A DNA stretch of 63,996 nt, filler included, from Hyphochytrium catenoides (lineage: Eukaryota > Protista > Hyphochytriomycota): the NCBI GenBank assembly GCA_900088475.1. It is 7 parts of 7 records of this genome, joined end to end, with 100 filler letters (N's around TTAATTAATTAA, not from the genome) between each part and the next. Parts side by side here need not be neighbours in the genome. Positions count along the whole stretch, not along the records: positions 10,779 to 41,516 come from FLMG01003881.1; positions 41,617 to 45,218 come from FLMG01002658.1; positions 45,319 to 61,683 come from FLMG01001762.1; 4 more parts are not named here. One strand, written 5' to 3'. A model generated the notes under the pieces. That model saw only the letters and a program-made list of their open reading frames with translations, was not told the DNA's origin and ran no database searches. A program made the position numbers and the translations under genes. This document shows, one piece after another, positions 37,400 to 49,655 of this stretch (within the stretch, counting starts at the first letter, position 1; every line of letters starts with the position of its first letter).

Positions 37400-38824
37400 T
37401 TATAGCATACCCTTAGCGTAAGGAGTAGGTGTTTTGGCCTCTTGGAAGTCCGTCCTAATAGCACCATTCTGTGGGGTAATACTGTCATCATAGTATGCAA
37501 AGATATTATCCTTCCCACCCTCCTCCACGCCCTCCGTCTTGGAGCCATCAACAGCAAAAAAGGTCTTATCCTTCGTCGTATACACCTCGCCCATCATCCT
37601 GCCGGTCCTTTTGTTGCGCCTCTTGTAACCCCAAACAGACGCAACAGCAATGGCAACCAGAGCGAGTCCTCCACATACTAGAGAAAGCATGAGTGCGTGA
37701 GACGATGAGTCTTGGTGTTGTTGAGGAAGAAAGTCAATGTCGTTGGATGGCGCGGTGCCGTTTTGGTAGCCATCCACTGTCGCTACATAAGATATGGGCT
37801 TCGCTAAAAATGACCTACAATAGATGTGTCAGAAAATGAGCTGTCAAGAGTTATTAGTATTGATTTTCGAAACTCACGCTAAACCCCACTGTTGCGCTGG
37901 AGTGCCGTTACAGTCCCAGATTTGGAGTTGGGTTCCGGTAGCTGTTGAACCTCCTGGAATGTCGAGACACATTCGGCGGTTACTCAACACATGCAGTTGG
38001 TTAGATTTATCCATAAGCCATCTCTGGTTCATGCCATCATGACAATCCCAGAGATGCATTTTCGCGCCCCGAGAACCTTGCGCACTAGAATCATCAACAC
38101 ATTTCCCAGAGGCCGCATGAACGAGTCGACGCTTCGCATCGAAGGTGAACTGTTGAGATGTTGTTGTTGTTGAGCATTTTGCCATCACCAGTGGAGAACC
38201 ATTCCCTGTTACGACTCCCTTGGACGAAAGACAGATTTGACCATTTGTCCCGCTGTAAATCGCGCTCTTTGCTGGTTTAAAGGATTCGTGTTCTTCAGGA
38301 ACCCACAGCAGCTGGGATGTTAGGAACGGCGTGCTGCCATACATTTTCGTCGTCCAGTATCTGATATCGTGGACTAACTCAGATCCATCCGTTGCTCCGC
38401 TGAATATCGGGCGCATGTAAAGTAACTTAGTCCACATCTCATCTTCACTTGCTTTAAGATGTGCCTGGCAGGTTCCTTGCTGCCATAACGACAGCGTCAG
38501 GCCTTTCCAGGTGTACTTCGTTCCGGGAAGAATTTCTACGTAACCATCCTTTCTTAGCGACTCTTTGGTGGCAAGTATGACGACCGCTACTGCTGTAAGG
38601 CCTCTGCCTACTGCTGCGGTACCCAGCTTTGCGCTCATACTCGCTATGACCTTCGCAGTAATCCCGGTAAGTACACCGGAAGCAGCAGCGCTAGCCACTA
38701 CGACTGTTAGGAGAGATATCGCGAACAGAATGTAGTTCACAATATCGAGAGCTGCTTCGTCTGGCCCAATCTTGCACCACCACGGGTGGTCCGTGTCGTT
38801 GTTGATGGAGAGAGATGAGCCCAT
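37400..38824 (-). CDS. Uncharacterised hydrophobic N-terminal domain + ricin-B lectin + C-terminal TM protein
   Basis: Exon 38824-37878, 63-nt intron 37877-37815 (GTGAGT...CTGAC...TTGTAG), exon 37814-37400 in frame. Three ricin subdomains (SQQFTF, NQRW, AQQW; CVD, CLDIPG, LQIWDC). TM helix LMLSLVCGGLALVAIAVASVWGY followed by KRRNKR. Confidence 0.8.
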
Positions 38825-40030
38825 GTTGATGGTGATTCGACCGCTGAATGAGTGCACACGGTCTGAAAGGTTAGAGGGCTACTTCTTCGAAGGACAGTTC
38901 CCTGAGGAAAAGCACAAACCCCAGCAACCAGGCCGCACCCAGTTGCCGCGAACAACCTTCTTGGAAGTGATTGCGCACCAGTGATGATGATGAGTAGCTC
39001 CGTTTATCTAGGAAGCTCTTCTTGTTGTTGAGTATGAAGATTGCAGAATGAGGCTGAACAAAGTGGAGAGGTGGAAGTCGGGTCGAGCTCGATGTTCAGT
39101 AAAGGCTATGTAAGTACTCAAAGCTTTAAAGCGCATCTGCAAGGGAAAGGAGAGGGAGAAATGCTGTGAGAAAGCGAACAGAGAGAGAAAGAGTGCTAGA
39201 CCCTCATAGAATAGTCAAAAGAAGAGAGCAAAGACACAGCCGCAAAATATTGTTGGCTAAACAAAGATGGGAGAGAGAGATAGGACGAAAGAAGAGGAAC
39301 GCGATCAGCTAACAATGAATCTTAAGAAGCACAAAGAAAAGGAAATAGAGAGGAGAAGAATTTACGACAGGGATTAAGTCACAAGCGTCCTTGGTCATGG
39401 AAGACCCAAACGACGAGAGGTCGCAAGACGCGTCCTTCCACATCCCCGGGCACCTCCTACGATCCGCTTGCGATGTCGCTCCCATTCTCCTCACAAGCTC
39501 ACTTAAGTCCCTGAAAGGCACCCGGCCCAGTCTAGATAAATTGCTCGGTCCATTAGGCATCTCCTAGACCCCTTCACAAGCTATTTGGCTGTCGCATCCA
39601 TCGCAACAGTGGAGGCATAGGCACGATGATGAGCCGCCGCCCTGCTCCCTCCCTTTCAACGACACGACTTTAATACGCATCTAAGAAATACCACTTGTTG
39701 TCCTTTCCACCACCAATTCTCTCCCCTCTGAGGCCCGGCACGGCATGCTCCCTTCAACGGCCCGGGAAAGACCTATTTGCTGCACACTGACTTCGGGTTA
39801 GGTTTATATGAAGTCTGACGCCAGCTTTCGTCCCATACCCCATACCTCTGCTTGGCTTCTTTCCCTACCTATCGTCATTATCAGTCGTTGAGCGGGAGGA
39901 AGAGGAAGTTAAGCGCTAGAGCTTAGGCGGCGTGATAAGTAATGAAACAAGGGACACGTTCAGCCGTTCTTCTTACTGGTCACACTATTTGTTATAATGG
40001 CAATAGGGGTCCCAGTCTTCTTTCTGTCAA

Positions 40031-40490
40031 CTACTATAACTACCAGTCTGCGACGACTCTTCGCTGGCTCTCATCATCCACCACTGCCAGAATAGACTGC
40101 TCCCAGAACTACTCAGCTACCCGCCCCTGGTCTCCCTGACCACCGCGATCTCCACGTTTTTACCATGGCCCTTGACGTTATTATCTACTATAACTACAGT
40201 CTGCGACGACTCTTCGCTGGCTTCCATCCACCACTGCCAGAATAGACTGCTCCCAGAATTACTCAGCTACCCGCCCCTGGTCTCCCTGACCACCGCGATC
40301 TCCACGTTTTTACCATGGCCTTTGACGTTATTATCTACTATAAATACAGTCTGCGGCGACTCTTCGCTGGCTCCCATCCACCACTGCCAGAATAGACTGC
40401 CCCCAGAATTACTCAGCTACCCGCCCCTGGTCTCCCTGACCCACCACGATCTCCACGTCTTTACCATCACTGCCTTTGAATGACGTTATA
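40031..40490. repeat. 150-bp tandem repeat, ~3 copies
   Basis: Units begin ACTATAA(C/A)TAC at ~40031, 40187 and 40337. Copies 2 and 3 are exactly 150 bp apart. Confidence 0.95.
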
Positions 40491-41360
40491 CTATACCTCT
40501 CAGCTCCTCGCAGAAAGAATCTCCTCAATGCTGTACCATCTGCACCTCTTAGACGGAACTTTTAAACGGCCGCTAGAAGAACCTTGGTTGCTGTCTATTA
40601 CGAGGTCAGCTCCTCCACTGTTTCCGTTCTCACTCGTAGTAGCCGGTGCTGCTCTGTCTGTTGGTTATAATCATGGAGGAGCATTAACCGCCTGTCAACA
40701 ACACTAGTGCTTGGACCAGCAGCGGCACCTCTCAACAACAACCTGAATATATACAGCCACTTTGGCAAGACCGCCGGCGTTCGGCAGCTTACTTCTTGAC
40801 CAGAGGCATATACTACAACGACAATGGACCCCGCTCCCCCGCCCCCCGCCCCTGCGCCCGCCTTTACAACGATACGACGCTGTATTATTACTTATCCTAG
40901 GATAATACTACGCAGGAGATTTTTGTCCCACCACGTCGTCAACCCACCTGCCTCCTCCGCTCCTTCCTCTCTCTGGCATCCGTGGAGAGACTTATTAGCA
41001 GCTGAGTATTGACTACTTGTGGATAAGCTTTGAAGCCGGGAGGCGCCAGTCCCCGTCTCCCATCATGCTGCTCTGCTTCTTCTTTCCCTACTACGTACCT
41101 TGATCATCATCAACAGTCGCCAAGCAGTGGGAAAACGGTCCAAGCCAGCGGCAGAATAAATCAAGCACATACTACCTCTGCCGCCCGTTCTTCCGCGTCC
41201 ATCATCACGCAACAGTACTAACAATAATAAGTCTCCACCTCGATCAGCTTCTTCTTTTAATTCACCACTTTTTATAAGCGGGGGCTGGAGCAGTGCGTGG
41301 GTCCACTCCTCATCGTTGTGCCTCCGCCGCGTTAAAATATATAACTATAGTAAAATAAAG

Positions 41361-41406
41361 AGTCTAACGGAGAGGAGCCAGTAGTCTAACTGAGAGGAGC
41401 CAGTAG
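41361..41406. repeat. 22-bp tandem direct repeat
   Basis: AGTCTAACGGAGAGGAGCCAGT followed by AGTCTAACTGAGAGGAGCCAGT. Confidence 0.85.
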
Positions 41407-44158
41407 AACGCTGTGTGGCCAAACCCCCACCCACAATTTTTGAGAGGAGCATACTCTTCACGCTTCAGCACTAGAGGGAATTTATACGGTGAAAAGTCGG
41501 TCAAACTTTTCACTTTNNNNNNNNNNNNNNNNNNNNNNNNNNNNNNNNNNNNNNNNNNNNTTAATTAATTAANNNNNNNNNNNNNNNNNNNNNNNNNNNN
41601 NNNNNNNNNNNNNNNNCTGCTACAAGGTCCACATATACCACTCTTTGCATATGGAAACCCCCAGCAACGTATCTAAAGAAGCGGAATAGGGAGGGTTGGT
41701 GGTACCTACAAATTTCCCTCTACTTGACTCAGAGATTGCTTGTTAAAGCGTCCTCAAGGCTTAACTATCATGTTCCTGCTGTCAATTGTTATAAAGCGTC
41801 TTCTTATCAGTAGGTCTCGATGCAAGCAAAGGAAGGTCGTGATCACGAACGCCGGCGGCAATAACCACGTTTAGTAGGGCGTGTTCAATAGATAGAGATG
41901 ATGGTACTACTATGTACTTTGCAACATCAGGTCAATGACTGCTAGCTTCTTCAAGAAATAAGGGCCATGATTGATTCATCCAAATAATGCGTCTTCCTTC
42001 CAATGACGTCCGCACCATAATAGTGGCAAGTGTTGTCTGGCCACTAGTAGAACCGACACGACGACGGAGTGGTGAGCCTGTGTAAAGAAGAAAGCTATCC
42101 AAAAGAATCGATCGAGCTAGCAGCGTCGTTGGACGAAGGGAATATCCATTTTCCCTTTTGCTGGCTCCCGTAGATCCAGTTCTTTTGCTTGATAATGATA
42201 ATGGTGTCCTCCCTCGCGACAGAATGCTCCGGACTCAAGTCCTCCCTGATTGTCGATGTGTTCAGTATACATTCGGAGACTGACGACGTGGCCTGAGATA
42301 AGGAAAGAGGTTGTCGCTGTCCATTGAAGTTTCTCTTCACATGGACGTGCGTCGCCTGAATGAATGGACGACGGTAACCTTCGCGGATGAATAATATGAC
42401 TGCAACGAATGTACTCCATTCTAACGAACGGGGCTGAGGTAAGCCACCTTGCAGAAGAATGGAGAGAAACTCCAAGAGCTCTACGACGAAGAGCAGAGCG
42501 GCCACAACTTGGTAGTGGTGCTTGCTGTCACCCCAGCCCTAGTAAAGAACGTCTTCTTGTCATCGATATGCCTTCCCTAGCGCCGCCGTGCATCTTAGGA
42601 CGGAGTACTACCAAGAGACCGTTCTCCACCTCTTGTTCATAGGCACTCCTCGTGGCTTCTCCTTGGTGTCTTCTTTCCCTCAGGCCCTAATCAGAGACAA
42701 GTAGCATAACATCTTCGGCCGGTGATTGCTCTCAAGAAATTCGGCCGGTGACTGCTCTCAAGAAAGAAGCAATGTGCTCTAGTAGCACTTCGACCACCTA
42801 TTTGCCTTGCCTGAGGCGAAGTTGAAGGTACATTCATCTCTCTGATCATCAGGCACCTCTCTCCTCTATTAATATGCATGTAGCGCTGTCCTTCAGCTTG
42901 AAAACATTATAATGAGTACTAACAGCAAGAGCCCAGAGCTCAAATGGAGGAAGCAGCAGCAGTCAGCAGGCGACAAGAACTAAACAGCGCTAGGAAGAGG
43001 TGTCTCTGCCTTCCTGCAGCCAACCAAATCCTGCAAGGATCGTCATACTATTATCTCCATACTGGCGCCCAACCTGTTTCTCCTCCTTTCCCTAAATGAC
43101 AAGTGCGGTGGCGGTTAATTATCATCATCGATTGTTCAATTTTAGGCACGATGCACAACCTTCCGAGCCATCATTATAGAGGAAGTAAAGGAAGTGTCAC
43201 GTTGTTGTCATATGGCCGCCCACGAAGGATTTAGTTGCCGATCGCCGGGCCTACGAGTACCATGTTGCTGTTAGTGTGAGGAGCTGCTGCCTGGCGCCCA
43301 AGGCCCGTCACAACAGCAGCGATTGTTGCCAGCAAATGAAAAATGGTCGATCGGTACTTCCTAGCTTTCCTCACTGCACCACAGTCGCCGTGCATAGGCC
43401 CGGTTTAACTGATCGGGTTTATGTGAGCTAGCACTTCCTAAACTCTTCCTCGTCTCTTCGAGGAGCGCGTCGTGGTGGTGGTGCCATGGGCCTGGCTGAG
43501 ATATAAAAAGAAGGAAAAAGTGGAACCCTAACGACAAGTGCTCGCCCTTCGATTGATCCTTTCTTCTTTTCAGCTATTATCATAACATCAGCCTGCTCGC
43601 ACCAGCAGGAGCTTGACACCATGGCTCGTCTGCCTACCAGCAGTCGTAATCAAACCTTCATCTATCATGTTTATCCCGCCAGGCACCGGGGTGAGGCGAT
43701 GGAAACAAAGACCGTAGACCCAACGCAGTCTTTCAATATGCACCAACCAACAAGGAAGAGGCCGATAAAGAGTAGCAGTCCAAGCCAAACATGGAAAGAA
43801 GGGGCTTCAATAAGCGATGAAGCTTGATGGTAGTAGGCACATAGCGGTGTGGTGCGTGGTCCTCTCCCTCAGGGCTCGTCTCACTCTTAGAAAGAAGAGG
43901 AGGAGCTCTTCTTGGACGAACAGGAGACTCTATGACGGCACCTCGACAACGAGTAATCATCCCACTGCTGATGACTGGAAACAAGGATGACCGCCATTGA
44001 AGAAGAAGTAATGTGTATATAGTAGACCTATAATAAATGATGAAGAGAGAGAGGAAGGAACGAGGAGCACTCTGCTAATCATCATCATTTATGATAAATC
44101 TTTTGATAGAAAAAGTTTGCCTTTCTCTTCTCTTTACCCTCGTTCTTTTAAGCTAGTA

Positions 44159-45218
44159 ATGGCGTCGGAGGTGGAGAAGCTCCCGAAGAGCTCTCTGTCG
44201 ATTGGAGTTGACCCTGCTGGTGGCGAAGTTTCCAAGATGGGGCCTGACTCGACGGTCGTCATGGACAGTCGAGTTGAAGAAGAAGTTCTCGAGGAGGAGG
44301 AGGATTCCCTTATGGGCTCCGTGAATTCTGGTGATGGGATCGAAGATGCTCGTCAGGGGCATGCTGACGCTCCACTTTGTAAGAGGCGTAGAAGAGTCGC
44401 CATAGACTTTGAGAGGAAGACTCTCCTCTTTTTCTCTCCTCCTGAAAATCCAAAGGAGGATCCTGCTGTCAACGCTGGCTGCTGACCACTGTGCTAGCGA
44501 CTCTGATGATCCGGATGATCCTGTGCCCATCTCTAGACGAGACCTGAACCGCTTTGCCCGGCATGGCATGCCCGGACCTTGGAAAAGCTGGTAATCTCTT
44601 TGATCAGCCAATCCAACGCCTTCGAAGCCGCTCTCAATTCGCTGACCGGCTCGATCTCGAATCTTCAGGCCGCTCTCTCTGCTGATAAAGAAGATCCTCC
44701 CATTCTTTCTAACGAACAAGCTGCTGATGATCTGTTGCGAATTTGCGGAACTCCTCTCTCCACAGTTCTGAGGCGCACTCGGGAGCAGCTAACGACGCTT
44801 CCGCCTCCCCACTCTCTGCTGTAACGCCTGCCCCTCTCGTTGCTTCTGCTTCTTCGTCCTCTGCTATGGAGGTGTCTGGGAGTTTGGCTCCTGCTGCTCC
44901 TTTGCCTGCCTCCCTGCCAGTGATGCCTTCTGCTTCTCTCTCCTCGATCTCATCGGTCACTCCAGCTTCGTCTACCGCTCCTCCTGCTTCTCTTCCTCCT
45001 TTCCCTAGTCCTTCTCCTGTTCAGTCTTCGGTCGCCACCTCTCTTCCTCTTCCTACTCCTCCTCTAGTGCCTCAGGTGTCACCTGGCGTTGTCCCCGCCG
45101 TTCGCTCCTGTGTGAATGTAGCTGCTTCGGGAGCTCCTCGGTCTGCCTCTGCTCGTCCGAAGCCTCTTCCATCCGCCCGTGTGTCCAGGCTTTCCTCTGA
45201 TGAAGCGATTTCAGCCCT
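44159..45218 (+). mobile_element. Frameshifted non-LTR retrotransposon ORF1-like remnant, truncated by contig end
   Basis: Overlapping + frames give an acidic N-terminus, KRRRR, a coiled coil (LEKLVISLISQSNAFEAALNSLTGSISNLQAAL), a Pro/Ser tract, then RSCVNVAAS resembling the SYAxVA motif. Confidence 0.35.
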
Positions 45219-46789
45219 NNNNNNNNNNNNNNNNNNNNNNNNNNNNNNNNNNNNNNNNNNNNTTAATTAATTAANNNNNNNNNNNNNNNNNNNNNNNNNN
45301 NNNNNNNNNNNNNNNNNNAGAAGAGAGAGAGAAGGAGGGAGAGGGAGAGAGAGAGAGAACGAAGAGACAGAGCGACGGACTGGCGGTCGGTTGGCGGAGG
45401 GTAGAAGGTGGAAAAAATGACCTTGGAGGCCCAGAAGAGATACAGAGAGACAGGAAGAAGGGCAGGAGAGGGAGACAGAGCGAGACACAGAGACGGGCAA
45501 CAAAAAGAGAAGAGAATGAGACACAGAGAGAGAGAGAGGCAGACAGACAGACAGCAGACAGACAGAGAGGCAGACAGGCAGACAGACAGACAGAGAGAGA
45601 GAGAGAGTGAGAGAGGAGGAGGGAATAATAATAATAACAGAACCAAAAAATATGTGCCTTGTTTAAGCTTAGCTTGATAATATCGGGAATAGGAGCCGTT
45701 CAACTAACTGCTATCCCCGATAATTAGCAGCCAAAGGCCCCCCAAAGTGGTGCTGTATGCCGCTGTGTGCCGTTTCGGGTGGAGGGGGGAAGGGCCCGCC
45801 CATTGTGGGAACTGTGCTTTACTTCTTTTACAGCTACTGGTATTAGACTCTTAGATTTTAGATAAGATAAAGCTGACTTTGTTCTGTTCTTGACGAGTTG
45901 ACGAGGCCCATGTACCCCATGTAGTACCACCTTCCCTTTAGAAGGTTCGGCTATGTCGGATGAAGGCATGGGGTTAGAAACAAATAAAACAAGGTGTAGA
46001 ACAAGGTTCCACTTTTTTACCGACCACTGTAAAAGACAAAAAGACGCAAACACGGCAATATTTTAATCTATTTTCGTGCATCTCCACTTCTCTCTCGTTG
46101 TCCTCAACTTCCTCTTCTTCCTCCTCCTCCTTCCTCCTCTCTCATGAGCCACATTCCTTCCTCCTCCTTGTTGCTGCTCCTCCCTTGCCCTCTCTTCTTC
46201 TTCTTCCTCTTGTTCTCCGTCACCTCCACACTCTTCCTCCTCCTGCTTGCTCTTCCGCCCTCTTCGACTGACTCTGTCATGGGCCTGGGTTTCCTTTCTC
46301 CTCCGTCCTTGCTCCTCCTCCTCCTCCTGGTTGCTGCGACTAACTTGCACCCGTCCAGCATGTCTTGCAGCGCGTCTCCTCTCCTTCTTCTTCTAACTTA
46401 TCAGTCTGGCTACGGGAGCGCGGGTCATGGTGTGATGATGGCAGGAGAAGCGATGAGCAGGGAGGAGAAAGAAGAAGAAAGGAATAGCAAGCATAGGGCA
46501 GGAGATGAAAAAAGTCAACGAAGGGAAAAGGACTTTTAGTGCTTATCACTATAGCTCATCATCTTCTCCTCGCTGCCTAATAATAGTCGAAAGTCAGAAG
46601 GAGAGAAACAAGGCAGAAAATCGAAAAAGGGCTGAGACGGCGAGAGAGCAAGACAGGATAGGAGAAGAAGAAGAGAAGGAAGAGGCAAATAACAGGCAGT
46701 GTCGCCAGGTAGAAGAAGGAGCATTGCTAGTGGTTTCCTGTGTAGCGAAGACATCGAGCATTGTAGGGTTGCAAGTTGCATGTCTTTAG

Positions 46790-48068
46790 CTAGCGGCCTC
46801 GGTCCCTCGAAGGCTTAAGCCTCACTGAGTAGCCAAAATGGCGAAGGGGCGAAGAGTCATCCCCTTCTTCTTCCACCAGCTCTTTCTCTCCTATCTCAAG
46901 CTCTCTCTCGTCTCGCTCTCCTCCTTCAATCTTTCCCAGATCTCTCATCGTGGGTTGTGCTCTGACGGAGGCCAAGCGATAACTCTGCCATGCGCCGTAT
47001 GAAGGAAAAGACGCTCGAGCTTCCTCGCCTTCTTCTTTGTCAGTCACCCTAAGAGGGGAGAAAACAGATAGATATGTCACGGCGTCCATACAGAATAGAG
47101 AGGAAAAAGATCTGAAAGAACAAAAGGAGGAGGAAGAGTAATGAGTGGAGAATGCTTCGTGGAGGAGACAGCGAGAGCGAGAGAGGAGCCGGAAAAGATG
47201 TCAATCTACGGAAGCAAGAGAGAGAGATGGGAGACCCTTTGCTTACGGCGATGTCAAGAGCGCCTCAATGAAGCTCTGATTGTACACCACGGCCAAGGTG
47301 CCCACGTAGAGCATTGCGAGGAGGAGTGAGAAGAGAGCGGAGAGGAACAGACAGGCATTTCCCATGTTCTGGAAGGCAAGAAAACCCAGAACTCCACCTA
47401 GAAAGAAGCTGAGAAGAAGAGGCACGAGAAGCTGTAGCTTCCACAGCTCCGAAGTGTCGGACCTGTGGACGACAGAAGACAGAATCCTTTAGCAACTCTT
47501 TTCGTCTTAGTGTTTCCTGCTTTCTGAGGCTCTCGTTTTCCTTTCAGGACTCTAACTAGTTCTCTGCACTTACTCTCTCGCTATCTTTTCTGGTCTCTGC
47601 TGTGGTTCTCTCCGGTCTCACTGTTGTGCCCTTCGAGGCATCGTTGGGCGTGATCTCTCTCGTGACAAACAGCTTCCTCACCTGTTTCTCAGATACCGAC
47701 CGACCACGAGCGAGACATCTGTCGCGATGCCTGTCATGTGCGTGGTGCGCACCACGGCACCGCTGTACCGAGTTGTCATCCCATTCTGCAAGCCTGAGGC
47801 GATGCCTAAGAGATAGACAGCCAATGTGGACGAAGAGGAAAAGGTTCCCTCTAGAGAGACCGCGAAACGGGGGAGATAGAAGAGTGTGCGTCAGTGCTGT
47901 TGTTGGGTCAGGGTAACATTCCAGGATTAAGCTCTGAGCTGCAGACAGCGTGAGGAGACACACACACAGAGAGAGAGAGACAGAGAGAGAGTAGGTGAGA
48001 GAGAGAGAGAGAGACAGAAAGAGAGAGAAGAAGAAAAAGAGCACTCACTCCTAAGCGGGCGTCACATC

Positions 48069-48150
<82 letters not shown>

Positions 48151-48950
48151 ATCCATATTAGTACTCCCCTTTCTTGCTCTCACCTACGGCAGCCGCTGTC
48201 AACACCCCGGAGTTGAGTACCAGCACCTGAGCGTAGCCTCTTCCCAAGCGGAAGGCCTCGTTCCCTATAATTCCACCGCTAACGAGTGCGCCGAACATGA
48301 AAGACAGGAGAAGAAGAGAGAGAGAGGTAAAAGAAGAAAGAGAGAGAGAGGCAGCGGAGATTGCTACTTTCGTCACATTCCCTGTGACGTGCGTGATGGT
48401 CGTCTTTAGGAAGCTCTGCAGCGAGACAGAGTTGATAAACCCAGCATTAATCGCTAACAAGGCACCTCCAAGAGATACAGCAAGGAAGTCGCTTCGATCC
48501 TGGAGTTGCTGAGAGTTCTCCTAGAGAGATACATAGTCAGAGACACAGGACAGGGAGGAGAGAGCGTAGGCGCAGGGGAGAGAAGAGAGAAAGAAGGTGA
48601 GAAAGAGACAGAGAAAGAGAGAGGGTGAGAGAGGAACTTGTAGACACAGAGGTTTGAAAGAGCTGGCAAAGAGAGGAAGTGGCAGATCAGTCAGCACGCC
48701 GCTTTAACGTTTGGGCCTTGGAGGGCTGAGAGAAATAGAATAAAGCAAGCGAGAGAAAGGGGAGCTTGCAAGAGAAAGAGGAGCTAGCGAGAGAGAGTGA
48801 AAGCCCTTGCTATACCTTCCCTGTTAGCTCTTCCACCTTGACAACTCTCTCTCTCGACTCTCTTCGCGTCCCTTCCACATTCCAACCAGTGCCAGTGCGC
48901 GTGGACGAGACGCTCCGCAGTAGCGGCTGACGGACGGGCACAGCGATCAT
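46790..48950 (-). CDS. DUF1275/YoaK-family membrane protein
   Basis: Exons 48950-48816, 48520-48184, 47850-47682, 47462-47247 and 47048-46790. LAINAGFINS, THVTGNVT, SFMFGA, GLQNG...VRTTHMTG, FFLGGVLG. Confidence 0.9.
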
Positions 48951-49209
48951 ATTCACTGCTTTGGAGCAACCCCGCTTCCCCTCTCTTTCGAAGACCTTGT
49001 CCTACACTTTATCTTTCCCTTCTCTCTCTCTCGTTCTGTCGCAAACCTTTTGACCTGATCCTCTTGTCGGCTGTCAGCGCCAGATGACTTAAACCTGTGG
49101 CTGCGTGGAGGACTATTCTTCACACTTGGTCGGGGAAACGAAAAGTGAGCGAAGAGAGACAGCGACAATCCGAAAGACCGCGGCAACACAGGAGGAGAGT
49201 GAGGGAGAG

Positions 49210-49263
<54 letters not shown>

Positions 49264-49655
49264 GAGAAGGGCAAATGGACGAAAGCGATAAGAACCGCCA
49301 AGAACCCAAACGACAAAAACGGACAAAGCTGGTCCAGACCAGCATGAATATATAGAATCTGTATCAATTTATTCTATAACATAAGTCATACTGGTGAGCA
49401 GATTGTAAATAACGTTCTTAGTTGCCTTCTGAAAGGACATGACAGCGAAGAGAGAGTGAAGGAGCCTACCAAGGCAGAAGAAAAGGAAGGCACGGCAAGG
49501 ACTAGGGACGAGGAAGAAAGAAAGCCGAGGCTGAAGATGACTTATAAGAGAGGAGAGACTCGGAGGACATGAGAGGAGAAAGGAGAGAGTCTCGAGACGT
49601 ATGATAGAGAGCAGAGAGAGGGAGAAAGGAAGAGGTAGTGGACGTCTTGCAGAGA

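Noticed and set aside
41361-41406. Short direct repeats as a CRISPR-like array (also 54259-54342, 1464-1610, 40031-40490)
   Set aside because: Only 2-3 copies, no unique spacers of regular length, no cas genes, eukaryotic context.
41617-44100. Scattered short ORFs in contig 5, and in 6940-8840 of contig 2
   Set aside because: Frequent stops and no recognisable motifs; probably decayed or non-coding sequence.
45748-45803. Weak resemblance to group II intron domain V/VI (GTGCTGTATGC...GTTTCGGGTGGAGGGG)
   Set aside because: The catalytic AGC triad, GNRA loop and proper stem length are missing.
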